From positions 65,348,001 to 65,412,000 of the forward strand of contig NC_067400.1 of NCBI RefSeq assembly GCF_016432865.1: a stretch of 64,000 nucleotides of DNA. Reading direction: 5' to 3'. The notes beneath the pieces were generated by a model, which did no database searches, was not told the origin of the DNA, and saw nothing but the letters and a program-made list of their open reading frames with translations. How positions within the stretch are numbered: the first letter of the stretch is position 1; each line of letters begins with the position of its first letter. The stretch is from Antechinus flavipes (Eukaryota). Made by a program: the position numbers and the translations under genes. Below are positions 12,991-24,600 of this stretch, piece after piece.

Positions 12991-15210
12991 GTAGGAGCCA
13001 GAGACTCACTCACTGAGTGCACATTGATCCAGTTTTCCCGCAACATCCAGGCAACGGTGCCAGGAGCTGCTCCAGGATCCAGCGCCAAGATAGGCCGGGG
13101 AAGAAAGGCTGCCCTGCCAATGCAGGGAAACCTAAGCTTCTTCACCCGTCCCCTGCCCAAATAATTTTAGAAAGGCAAAATTGTTTAAAAAAGCTCAAAT
13201 CCATGAGCTCATAGGACACTGTGCCAGACGGGGTTGTGGAGCCGGGAGTTCAGCATCAGTCCACAAAATGGGCATCGGTCCTGATCACATTTCATAAAGT
13301 TTTACCTCCCGTAGCGCTCCCACCCCCTCCTCATTTTGTTTCTTGTTGCTCATGGCTGAGATGATACCAGAATCTACCTGTAGCAATCCCATTCCATTTC
13401 CCCTGGCCTTGTAACCTGAAATCCAAGCTTGGACAGTGACAAGGAGGCTAAATCTACCGAGTGTCAGATTTTGAGGAAGCTTGCTGCCCAATTTCTTTTG
13501 AACGCTGGGATGGGGGAAAAGGGATTTTAGGTAAAATTCAGAGTCTGTTCCCCTGCTACCAGGGGGCTAACTAGTTTATCAGGGGCTGGGTAAATTGTAG
13601 ATATTCACTTGGATTATTAATAGTCACACATCTCTAGCTCTAAGCTGTGAGATTAACCCTTTGTAAATCAGCCCCTTTGAGAGCAGAGAGTAATTTTGTA
13701 GTAGTTTACTACAGTGGCTGGCCCACAGCGAGTGCTTGATAAATGCACATTGACTCACTCACTCTCAATGGAGAAGCCAGACTAATGCCCAAGAAACAGT
13801 GAAATATTAATATAAGACAATATGCCCTAAGTGCTAAAAATGTGTGATGTAGACATAAAGCACTGTAGGAAGTCAGAGCAGGGAGAAGGCTCTGGAAGGA
13901 TTTTTATGAAGGAGGTGACCCTGAGTTAGGATCAGACTCAGGATCCATCACTCTCCATAGACCAGGTACGACATCACAGAATTGGGAGGGGAAGAAGGGT
14001 ACAAGGCAGAACATTTTAAATATAGCTTTTTCTGAGTACATTTATTTTTAAATTCAGAACATTTCATTCTCCCCAGCCCAGAGATATTTATGTTGGGACA
14101 AATCAGGTTGCAGTTGTTACTGTCTCCTCTGTGGAATGGTAACCCTTAAAGGGCACAGTTTTCAAACTTTATCTTGTCATGAGCATCCAGCTGTGCTTTA
14201 AGGGATTCAAACAGACCTTCAAGAGGCGAGGGGATGGCAAAGGGAATGGCCATCACTGGGAGAGAATTCATAATGAGGGGTAGTGGAAAAGGTTAGGCAG
14301 GTAGGTGGTGAAAGGCCTTGGAAACCAGATGGGATTGATCCTACTGGAAGGGCCTTCTACAAGCGCCGTATTTGGATGCTTAATCTGGAGTGATATGGAA
14401 GTGGGAGACAGACTTGGGGATGACCTGATTTGAGAACTGGTAGCTCAGGTCTTACCTGCTTCACATCAATCTTTCCAGACTCAAATCTCCTCTTTTCACC
14501 TTCTATGGTACTTTTTGCTGTGACATCTCTAGCAAGTGGTGTCTGACTAGAGGTAGCAGTTTGGATTCTTCAGGTTCTTTTTAGCCTTTAAGTCCTAACT
14601 TCCAGCTCTAACTTATATATCAATGGTGTATGTATGTGAGCGTCAGAGAGGAGAGGAAGTGGGCCAAAATCATCATTATTTCTCCCCACTCACTATATCA
14701 TAATAATAGGAAGATCAAAGGAGGCCCAGGTCTCTGACCTTGGTGTTTAATGTCTCTTTGAGATACTAGTCTTATAGTCAATACTGGCCATTTTTATTTC
14801 ATATATCCAATGATAGCCAATCCATGATATCATATATCATGTTCTAATTAATTTATATGGATTAATACAACTTGTTGAATAGTCCAAATATAACTTGAAT
14901 AGCACACATGATTTAAATACTCATTAAATAATACACCACAGGATTGAAAATATTATTGCAGCAATTGTTGACTTGTTCTCTATAAATAGCAATTCAATCA
15001 CATAACTGTTAAAATAATCAGGTAATGTTAATGATGAAATAAATTTAGACACTAAACAAGTTGAATTCAGCTTTAATTCAGCAAGGGCAATTAAACACAA
15101 ATAGCTCAAAAGTTTGTTAATAAGATGGCAGGGTTTGGGGAGCATTTGTTGCATTTGGGGTTGTGGTCTCATATCTATTCTTTGTATAACTGTCTGTGTT
15201 TTTGCCACAG

Positions 15211-15279
15211 ATCCAACAGATGAGTCAAAAGATAGTTCATCTGCTAATTCTACCACAGATCTACTGAAACAAGGGGCAG
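15211..15279 (+). CDS. TNS1: Tensin 1 SH2-PTB linker exon (DPTDESKDSSSANSTTDLLKQGA)
   Basis: ttttgccacAG / G|GTGAGT; in frame. Confidence 0.96.
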
Positions 15280-15954
15280 GTGAGTGGGTAGTGATAATGG
15301 GAGCTTCTCATTCTTCTTTGCCTCTGTTGCCCTGCCTGTCACCCCATTTCTACATTCTGTTTCTTGTTCTGAACCAGTAGTCTCCAACCAGAGCTATTTA
15401 CCAAATCAGAAAACCACATTTCTATTGGCAAATATTCCTTTCCCAGAACTGGAATGAAATCTTTCCAGGGGTGGAGCGTTATTATTAATTTTTTTAATAC
15501 TTCTTTCCCTAGAGGAGCTTATATTTTTTTATTCAAGCTTTTTATTTTAAAAAATAATAAAAATTAAATAAAAAAGCTTTTTATTTTCAAAACATGCATG
15601 GATAATTTTTCAACATTAAGAGAGTTATTTTTTGAAAAATATTTTATTGATGTTCTTTTTTTGAAACATCACTATTACTTGCAAATGACTCCTCTTTGAC
15701 ATTCCCTTGTAACAAAGAAATGCAATTAAGCAACCTAACCAACTCATTGGCTACATCTGAAAACAAATGCCTCATCTTGCTTCTGTAGCCAACTATTTCT
15801 CTACCAAGGGTTAGGCAACATATTTAGGTCCTCTGGAACTGTGGTCTTTGAATTGATCAGAAACCTAAAGTTTCAATATTATTTTCCCTTAGGTTATTAT
15901 GTAAATTGTTCTCATGGTTCTGCTTAACTTGCCCCTCCATTGATTCATTCAGGT

Positions 15955-16130
15955 TTTCTCTTTCTCTCCCATCTCTGTCTGTCTTTCTCTGTCTCTGTCT
16001 GTTTGTCTGTCTTTCTCTCTCTCTCTGTGTCTCTGTCTTTGTCTCTGTCTCTGTCTTTCTCTGGTTTTCTTTCTCTTGTCTTTCTGTCTCTCTGTCTCTT
16101 GTCTCTCTCTCTTTCTCCTTCTCTCTCCAC
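15955..16130. repeat. (TC/TG)n compound microsatellite inside an old L1-like fragment
   Basis: tctctgtctc-type degenerate repeats. Confidence 0.85.
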
Positions 16131-16212
16131 TTCATATTTGTCATTTGTAACGGCCCATTACATTCATATAATACATTTTGTTCAGTTCTTCCTGGTGGGT
16201 TTATTTTTTCAG

Positions 16213-16381
16213 CCTGCAATGTGCTTTTTGTCAATTCTGTTGACATGGAGTCGCTCACGGGGCCCCAGGCCATCTCCAAAGCCACAGCTGAGACACTGGC
16301 TGCAGACCCCACACCGGCTGCCACTATTGTCCACTTCAAGGTCTCCGCCCAGGGGATTACGTTGACGGACAACCAGAGGAA
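16213..16381 (+). CDS. TNS1: Tensin 1 PTB exon ([24 protein letters not shown]...[10 protein letters not shown])
   Basis: ttttttcAG / AA|GTAAGG; tensin PTB sequence. Confidence 0.97.
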
Positions 16382-16764
16382 GTAAGGAATCCCCCCTCTG
16401 TATGCAGTTTCCCCAACATCTCCATTTATTGAAGAGTTATTGGCCCAAAGTGGGAAGATCCCAGCCTCTGACCCTCACATTCTACCTCTCTTTGGCAGTA
16501 TTGAACAGCCCCCAGCCCTTGCCCCTTACTTCTCTGTGTCCCACAGCAGCTGACCAGGCTTCCGAGAAGGATTCTATGGTGTTCCTTTTCCCGTCCCACT
16601 TATTTACCTGTGTCCCACGAGGAGAAGTCTGGTACTTCCTGCCCCATCATGACATGAGGATTTTTGAGATGTTATGGAAAGCAGGGAGAAAAAGAGACTA
16701 GAAAATAGGATGAAGGGCCGGACCAGTCAGCACCCTCAACATTTATTCTGTCTTTGTGCCTTAG

Positions 16765-16833
16765 GCTGTTCTTCAGGCGACATTATCCCCTCAACACTGT
16801 TACCTTCTGTGACTTGGATCCACAAGAGCGAAA
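16765..16833 (+). CDS. TNS1: Tensin 1 PTB exon ([23 protein letters not shown])
   Basis: ccttAG / AA|GTAAGT; found by reading, absent from the ORF track. Confidence 0.96.
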
Positions 16834-17009
16834 GTAAGTCTCCCATAGACCGCTCCTTCCCTCCCCACCCTCCACACACTGACTCAGATATTAAGTAGTA
16901 TTATTAAGTATAATATTAAGTATTGAGTGTGAACGTGTGGGTGGGTGTTGAGTGACTCTTACCTCAGATGACAATGCCTTATATTAACAGAGGTAGTGTA
17001 ATCACTACA

Positions 17010-17160
17010 GTGGTAGAGTGGATAGAGTCTTGCATCTGGAATAGGGAAGATCTGAGTTCAAGTCTCCCCTCAGATATTTGCTAGCTCTGGGACCCTGAGC
17101 TCACCTTATCTATAAAATGGAGATACTTCACTGGGTTGTTGAGAGGATCAAATGAAATGA
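17010..17160 (+). mobile_element. MIR/CORE-SINE
   Basis: tRNA-like head and core: ctgagttcaagtc...ctataaaatggagata...gaggatcaaatga. Confidence 0.7.
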
Positions 17161-17442
17161 CAGCTCTCGGAGTCTGTGATTCTCTGATTTTCCTGGGTGC
17201 TCCTGGGTGCTTTCCCCATTTTAATTCAACTGGCTCGTCCTTAACATGCTGAGGAAAGGGATTGCTAAGTCAGCTTTGTGCCAGTGGAGGCCATCCCACA
17301 TCAGACTACAAGGAGCGCACTCGTGATAACTTTAGGGGCCCGCTTTGCTCTGGGGGAGACTTTCACCACATTCTGGCAGAATGCCCATGTTTGGCCCAGC
17401 AGAGGCCGAAAACCTGCTGACTTTTGCTTTTTCTCCCCTTAG

Positions 17443-17475
17443 GTGGACGAAGGCAGAGGGGGGTGTGCCCGCTAA
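17443..17475 (+). CDS. TNS1: Tensin 1 33-nt PTB micro-exon (WTKAEGGVPAK)
   Basis: ctccccttAG / AA|GTAAGT; corresponds to recalled human WMKTEGGAPAK. Confidence 0.93.
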   Translation: MDEGRGGCAR

Positions 17476-17847
17476 GTAAGTATGACTTTTTCCCCTCCTT
17501 TCTTGGGATGTTTCAACTTTGTGTCTCCCAAAAATAACATGGGAGGAGACTTCTGAAATATTCATGGGAGGCTGGGGAGAATGGGAGTTAAGGGTCAGCT
17601 GGTGAGTCGAGGTCACAGAGCCTGGAAAATAAATTTAGTCAAATTGATCACAGTTCTTCCTGCCTTTGCTCTCCCTTCTTCCCTTCCCTTCCTCTTCCTC
17701 AAGCAGCAATCCCTTTTGTGGGTAAAATCAACAGAGGCCCTGTGAAGGACAAACACAGATTTAGACAGGTTTAAAGGGGTGTAAGATGTAGATTCAAATT
17801 CTAATTCTGACTCATTAACTGTGTAAGCATAGTTTAATCCTTTAGAA

Positions 17848-18038
17848 CAGGGGTCCTCAAACTTTTTAAATTGGGGCCAGTTCACTGTCCCTCAGACTGT
17901 TGGGGGGCCGGACTATGGTAAAAACAAAAATTTTGTTTTGTGAATCTTTAAATAAAGAAACTTCATCGCCCTGGGTGAGGGGGATAAATGTCCTCAGCTG
18001 CTGCATCTGGCTTGCAGGCCGTAGTTTGAGGACCCCTG
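17848..18038. mobile_element. OC1-like hAT MITE, copy 2 (inserted in a MIR)
   Basis: Same TIRs and internal sequence as 6616-6807; flanks ctttagaa/ctctaaac. Confidence 0.88.
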
Positions 18039-18584
18039 CTCTAAACTTCAGGTTCCCCATCTATAAAATGAGCATAACAATAATTCCAGGCACCGATCTT
18101 GTGAGGAGTGAAGCAAATTAAAGTATGTTATTAAGCACTTTGCAGACTCAAAAGTGTTATGTAAATGTCAGATACTGCTCTTGTTGGGAGCGTATAGTTT
18201 CTATTTCCATTTAATTCCAATTTGTCCCTATGCTTGATTCCTTTTGGTCCCGATTTGTTGTTTCAGTGAAGTCCTGTTAAAGTTCATGACTGGGCAGAAC
18301 CATTTAACTCACCAGAATAAGCAGCTTAATTAGAACAGTGTCAAGAATAGAGACAAGAGGGAACTTCATGTTAAACATCCCAGTCTCAGTTTTATTCCCC
18401 ACTCTGGGTCACTGGTTTTATAAAATTACCAACTCTCAGATTTTCTGCCTTTTTGAAGGTTTTAAGAACCTCAGATAAGCACTCTCTTATCAATGCCCCC
18501 ACCAAGCTCAATTAACTTTCAGCCTCTAATATTCAGGAGTCTCTTCCTTTCTGGTTTAAAAATATTTTGTTTTATTAGCTAGAA

Positions 18585-18762
18585 CAAAGGTTTTTAATTC
18601 TTTTTGTGGCATGGAACCCATTGAGCAGCTGATGAAGCTTATGAGATTCTTAAGAATGTTTTAAAGTGCAAAACATATAGAATTACAAAAGAAACCAATT
18701 CTATTAAAATAGTTATGAAAATATTCAAAAATAAGTTCACAGACCCAGGTTAAGAATCCCTG
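18585..18762. mobile_element. Older hAT/Charlie-type MITE
   Basis: Perfect 8-bp TSD AGCTAGAA (18577-18584, 18763-18770); end ggttaagaatccctg. Confidence 0.7.
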
Positions 18763-20032
18763 AGCTAGAAGGAGCCAACTTGCAAAGCTTCTTTTGGAAA
18801 CAGGGTTTTATTAATGGGGTGAGGAGCCAGAAAATGAAAGAAGAGCCAGCTCTCTCCTCTCTGCTCCTGTGGTGGGGGGGCCACCCTGCTTGTGTCCACC
18901 GCATTTGGGATCAGCTTCCCTGGGTGGATGAAAGGAATTAGTTATTGTTGAACTTGGCTGAAGAAAAGGGCAGGGCACTCTGGCCTGTGAACATCGAGGG
19001 AGGGAGTATTGTAAGGGGATAGTGGCTCTGGCCCAGGCACAGGGATGGAAATAAAGCCAAGAAGAACTTGGTTACAGGAGACACGGGGGATGGTACTGAG
19101 CACACCGGTCTGCTGGGAGAGCCATACCTCGGACCTCTCTGGACCTTAGAATCATCTTCCGCCCTCTCCTTCCTTTTCCCTTCCCTGTTCCTGACATGGG
19201 GAGAAGACCCTCTATACCTCCCACTCCCAGGAGGAATAGAAGAGACAGGACATTTCTCCAGAGACCAAATCTAAGACCAAGAGCAGACTTGGTGCAGATC
19301 TATCCCTTGATCGTACAAAGAAACTGACCCCTGGCTCCTGAAATCCCCCATCCGCCGCTCCCAAGGGTTGCTGATCTTGAATTTGAGGGGCTGTTCAGCA
19401 GCACTAGGGACGTGTAGGGCAAAGGGATGTGTGAGTGTATTCCTATGTTCGTGAGAGTGTGTAGGGTGGAGAGCTTGGCTAATTTTAGCTGTTGTGTTTC
19501 AGTCCCAGAGAGGGGGTTTTTAATTGGAATCTCCAGCTGTTCCGATTTCCCCATCCCTCTCTAATTAGCAACACACCAACTATGGGACCTCTCAGCTCAC
19601 ATTCTGTTCCCCTCTGCTCCCATATTTATAACCTTGTTTTTCAGGGTTTGAATTCCAAGATGCTGTGGCCTAGTGAGGGCAAAGTGTGGGAGTCTGTCCC
19701 TGCCCTTGCCTGATGGGTCCTGAAGCCTTTTACTCAAATCCTTTACACTGTAGGTCATGCAAGGGAACAATGAGAAGTCAGACCAGCCTATCCCTTTATT
19801 TCCCAGCTTCATCTGGTGCTTGAGGAGGCTGAAGCTTTCAGACTGGCAAACAATGCCATATTTATTAGCTTATAGTGCAGAACTTAAAAGGAGTCCAGCA
19901 GGGGAAGGGATGGGAGAGGCTCTTTCATGTACTTCCCCATTTTACCCTTGTTTTCATTGTCTCCCCAACTTCCCTCCCCAAAGCTCCTCAAGCCAAGGGG
20001 GAAGCGCCCAAAGGATCTCCTGCTCATTCAGA

Positions 20033-21008
20033 NNNNNNNNNNNNNNNNNNNNNNNNNNNNNNNNNNNNNNNNNNNNNNNNNNNNNNNNNNNNNNNNNNNN
20101 NNNNNNNNNNNNNNNNNNNNNNNNNNNNNNNNNNNNNNNNNNNNNNNNNNNNNNNNNNNNNNNNNNNNNNNNNNNNNNNNNNNNNNNNNNNNNNNNNNNN
20201 NNNNNNNNNNNNNNNNNNNNNNNNNNNNNNNNNNNNNNNNNNNNNNNNNNNNNNNNNNNNNNNNNNNNNNNNNNNNNNNNNNNNNNNNNNNNNNNNNNNN
20301 NNNNNNNNNNNNNNNNNNNNNNNNNNNNNNNNNNNNNNNNNNNNNNNNNNNNNNNNNNNNNNNNNNNNNNNNNNNNNNNNNNNNNNNNNNNNNNNNNNNN
20401 NNNNNNNNNNNNNNNNNNNNNNNNNNNNNNNNNNNNNNNNNNNNNNNNNNNNNNNNNNNNNNNNNNNNNNNNNNNNNNNNNNNNNNNNNNNNNNNNNNNN
20501 NNNNNNNNNNNNNNNNNNNNNNNNNNNNNNNNNNNNNNNNNNNNNNNNNNNNNNNNNNNNNNNNNNNNNNNNNNNNNNNNNNNNNNNNNNNNNNNNNNNN
20601 NNNNNNNNNNNNNNNNNNNNNNNNNNNNNNNNNNNNNNNNNNNNNNNNNNNNNNNNNNNNNNNNNNNNNNNNNNNNNNNNNNNNNNNNNNNNNNNNNNNN
20701 NNNNNNNNNNNNNNNNNNNNNNNNNNNNNNNNNNNNNNNNNNNNNNNNNNNNNNNNNNNNNNNNNNNNNNNNNNNNNNNNNNNNNNNNNNNNNNNNTTTN
20801 NNNNNNNNNNNNNNNNNNNNNNNNNNNNNNNNNNNNNNNNNNNNNNNNNNNNNNNNNNNNNNNNNNNNNNNNNNNNNNNNNNNNNNNNNNNNNNNNNNNN
20901 NNNNNNNNNNNNNNNNNNNNNNNNNNNNNNNNNNNNNNNNNNNNNNNNNNNNNNNNNNNNNNNNNNNNNNNNNNNNNNNNNNNNNNNNNNNNNNNNNNNN
21001 NNNNNNNN
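20033..21008. other. Assembly gap (N-run) in the last TNS1 intron
   Basis: Ns with a stray ttt at 20797-20799. Confidence 0.99.
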
Positions 21009-21465
21009 AAATGGAGGGGACATCTTCTACCTTTGATGCATGGGGGATACAGAGTGGGAGGAAAAGAGAAAGAAATGACATTGGAAGAAGGAGGGAAAAA
21101 AGTAAAAGCTCTCTGTTCTGGCAGCAAAATCATTTCTTACATGTTTGTACTATCTTTCTATTTATCCCCAATTCCCTATCACACTTATCTTTTTCTTTTT
21201 TGCAGCTCTTCTTCTCTTGGTTTTCTTCTCCGCTCTGTTTTCTTTCCTCATTCTTTATCTTCTCTTTCCTTTTTTGTCCCATTTCTCTGCTTCCCCTTCC
21301 ATTTCATCCTCCTTTCCCCTTTTCCATCTCTTCAATATCTCTTTTGTGTTCTCTCCTCTCATTTCCTGCCTTTTCTTCTGCACTCATGTTCTCTCTGCTT
21401 CTGTCATTTCTCTATGTTCCCCCTCCCTCTTTCCTCATTTTTTCTTCTCTTTTTCTTCTCCACAG

Positions 21466-21610
21466 GCTTTTTGGTTTTGTGGCCAGGAAGCAAGGCAGCA
21501 CCACGGACAACGCCTGTCACCTCTTTGCAGAGTTAGATCCCAACCAACCTGCTGCGGCCATTGTCAACTTTGTTTCCAAGGTCATGCTCAGCGCTGGCCA
21601 GAAGAGATGA
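21466..21610 (+). CDS. TNS1: Tensin 1 terminal coding exon ([25 protein letters not shown]...VMLSAGQKR*)
   Basis: ctccacAG acceptor, TGA at 21608-21610. The exons total 2054 nt, plus 1 nt from the upstream exon, giving 685 codons. Confidence 0.97.
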
Positions 21611-24600
21611 GCCTGCCAGGGGCCAGGGCAGCCGGGCTTGGGGCACATGGGGAAGGGGACCCTTGAATCCAGAAGGAAGGTGTGGGGCCAATTTTTGGAG
21701 AAGGAGAGAGGAAAGTGCAGTGTGGGAAGAGGGAAGTGAATTCAGAGAGGAAGAGGAGGAGACGAGAGGAAAAAAATGGAGGGAAGAACAACACAGAGCC
21801 TATTGGGTGAATGGAAACTTAAAAAAAAATCCCAACAACCCCAAACTCAAACTACACAACTAACCAAGACCACATGACTTTTTCCTGTGCCATTGGATTT
21901 TTCCATGGGGGGGAGGGGTGCAAAGTAGCAAATTCCCTCTGGGATTTTCTTTTAGAACCATGGATAAAGTAGATCCTCATCTAATTCAACAACCTTGCAA
22001 GGGAAAAAAAATCCACAATCTTGTGGACACCTGTGAGGTATGTTTATCAAACAAAATAGGGAAATTCAAGACTACCATTTTTTTTTCTTTTTTAATAAGG
22101 AAAATCCCTTAAGGTATACTAAGGTCTCTTTGTTCTTCAGTGGCTATGCATATGTATAAGTACCTGCGTGTATTAGATATATAACTCCAAATTCAGCTAT
22201 ATTGATAATATGCGCACGAAGTTGTCCTTCCTCCCTAAAGATGATGTCTGCCATCTCCTGGAATCATGTGAGACCAGGAATATAGCAGGAAGGGGGCCTT
22301 TCTCCTTACCCAGAATCACCTTGGATTGTGGATGTCAGCTTGGGACCTCCTTCCATCCCAGCCAGTCAGCAATGGCAGCTCTTGGAAGGTTCCTCATTTT
22401 TCTCACACACACAAGCAGGAAGCAGACGTGTGCCCCTTCTGAACACTGCACTAAGGATCTCTCCCACAAGGCAATACCCCTGCTTTGCCATGGCCTCGAG
22501 GCTGGGGAACTTTGGTTCAGGGGAGATGTGCAAACCCCAAACCTTCAGGAGCATTTGGAGAGAGTCGGGAGAACTGGACGGAGGAGGGGCAGGGGATGCT
22601 GACCCATGGTCCTCTACATATGTGGGGCAAGACATGTCCCTCCCATTCTCTCTAGGGCAAATTGCTGCCCCTGACCTCTCCTACCCCACTCTTTGTGCCT
22701 TGTATCCTAAACCTTTCCCTGGATTTAGCTCCTTATACTTGCTCACAAGAGGATGCCCATTGGGACCACAGGGATTTAGCTATCCTGCCATATTGGAAAC
22801 TAGCTGGACTCTTCTTCAGAAAGGTCTGCCCAATTCTGCCTTCAGGAAGTTCAAGGGGGAAGACTCAACCCTTGTCCTCCTCTCCACAAGTGCTTTATGA
22901 GTGTTTGGCTTTCTCTGTCACGTGCAGGCTCGACTTCACTGAAAAACAGATGTCTGTAACCATTCTGGCCGGGCCAGCCCGTGTTGGCGTCAAGCTTGGT
23001 CACATCTCCAGATAGACAACTCACCTGCATGCTTGCTGGGTAGACTGCTTTACAATGCCAAAGTCCCTCTTTCCCCCTACCTTTTATCTCCAAAAGAACC
23101 AAGCCATAAGGGGTAGAAGGCATGAAAGCAAGTCTGGGAATCCAGGATCCCTGCTTTGAAAGCCCCATACTTCCGAAGAAATCCAAATCAGAAACAAGAA
23201 CTCATTGTTATCCAGTGCTTTGGCTCCCCAAGCCCACTTGGGTTCCCTAGTGAGCAGCATTGTACTGACATATAAATATTCATAATATATACATGAGATA
23301 TACTGATGGAATACTGTAAGCTAATCAAGTTTAAGAAAAGGAAAAAAAGGTAAATTGACAAGAAATATTTATTTTTTTCCATATTGCTTTATTGCCTCCA
23401 TATGGGTATATACTGTATCCCATTCCTTCCCTATATGAGCTCTTGTATGTATAACTAAAGCCTGAGAGATAAGAGACCTTATATTTGGATTATCCCTGAA
23501 CCACCTCCCTCCAACCTTGACCTTCACTGTATTCAGGAGGTAGGGGGTGGGATATTTGAGTGGTTCATCCCAGGTTGTGTATATCGGTTCCCTTTATCAC
23601 TAGCCCCTTGAGTTTCCCTTTCAGCCCAAGGCTCAACAGCTCCTAGAGCACCCAAGGTGGGAGGAGCTGAACCCAATGCCAAAGGCCCTTTGCGCGTGTC
23701 TGCTTGCGCAGAGGTGGAGGTTTCGAGATGTGTGTGGAGGATATGGATGCTGTGTCTATTAGTACTTGTGTATCTTTTCATATTTTTTTCCCTCCAAAAT
23801 ATTGTAAGTGCATGGCAGTGTGGTTTCAGGGAGTTGGAAATGAGAATGGTTTTAGAAGGTAGGGAGCAGGGAGCAGGGGTGGTTCACCCTCCCCATCACC
23901 TGCTCCCCATTGGTAAGACATGAGTTTTTGTGATTGAAATTGCTCAAAAGTCCCCTTCCTTTTGGGAAATTCAGACTAGAGATCTGAATTATTTTTTACC
24001 TTTTCCTTACTTCCCCATCAACTCTGACCCTGTGCCCCAGTAGAGAAAGATATATATCTTGCTCTTGGTCAAGAGTTTTCCACCTTCATTTTTACCACTG
24101 CTCAACCTGAAGAATTCTGGGCTTCTGGTCTGGATCCTTCATCACTGCTTCATATCAGGTGAATTGCCAGACCCCCTTATCACCCAGCTCCAGGACCCCA
24201 GGCTGAGATCTGGGATCAGCCTTCACATTCACTTCTCTCTGATCTTGTGCCCACTGGCTGTCTTATTTCCTAGTCATGGCCATCCCCAGTCTTGCTTAAG
24301 GCCAACCCTCATTGACCCTATTTTTGAGGGGACTCTGTTTAAAGTTTGAAAGCAGACTGTCCCCTCCTACCACCCAAAACCACTTTAAGAAGAACCAACT
24401 TCCTAGAACCTAATGTTCTAAATCTGGACACGTTTAGAAGTACTTGGAGTCCCTAATTTTGACTTTCCGAGAATCTGATGAGGGAAGAGAGTTGGGTTCA
24501 AATCTTGGAGTGGGTACCATCTTGGGTAAGGGGCTGGTAGGGTAAGACCATGTGGAATTAGGCGTCAGAGAGTGTATTTCACAGGTAGGCATGAACACAC

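Noticed and set aside
15857-16385. RE-rich and SL-rich ORFs
   Set aside because: Translations of the (TC/TG)n microsatellite running into a TNS1 exon.
20797-20799. ttt island inside the N-run
   Set aside because: Assembly or gap-filling artefact.
19757-21610. Very long ORFs of 331-617 aa
   Set aside because: They span the N-gap and the pyrimidine tract; only the terminal 21466-21610 part is real coding sequence.
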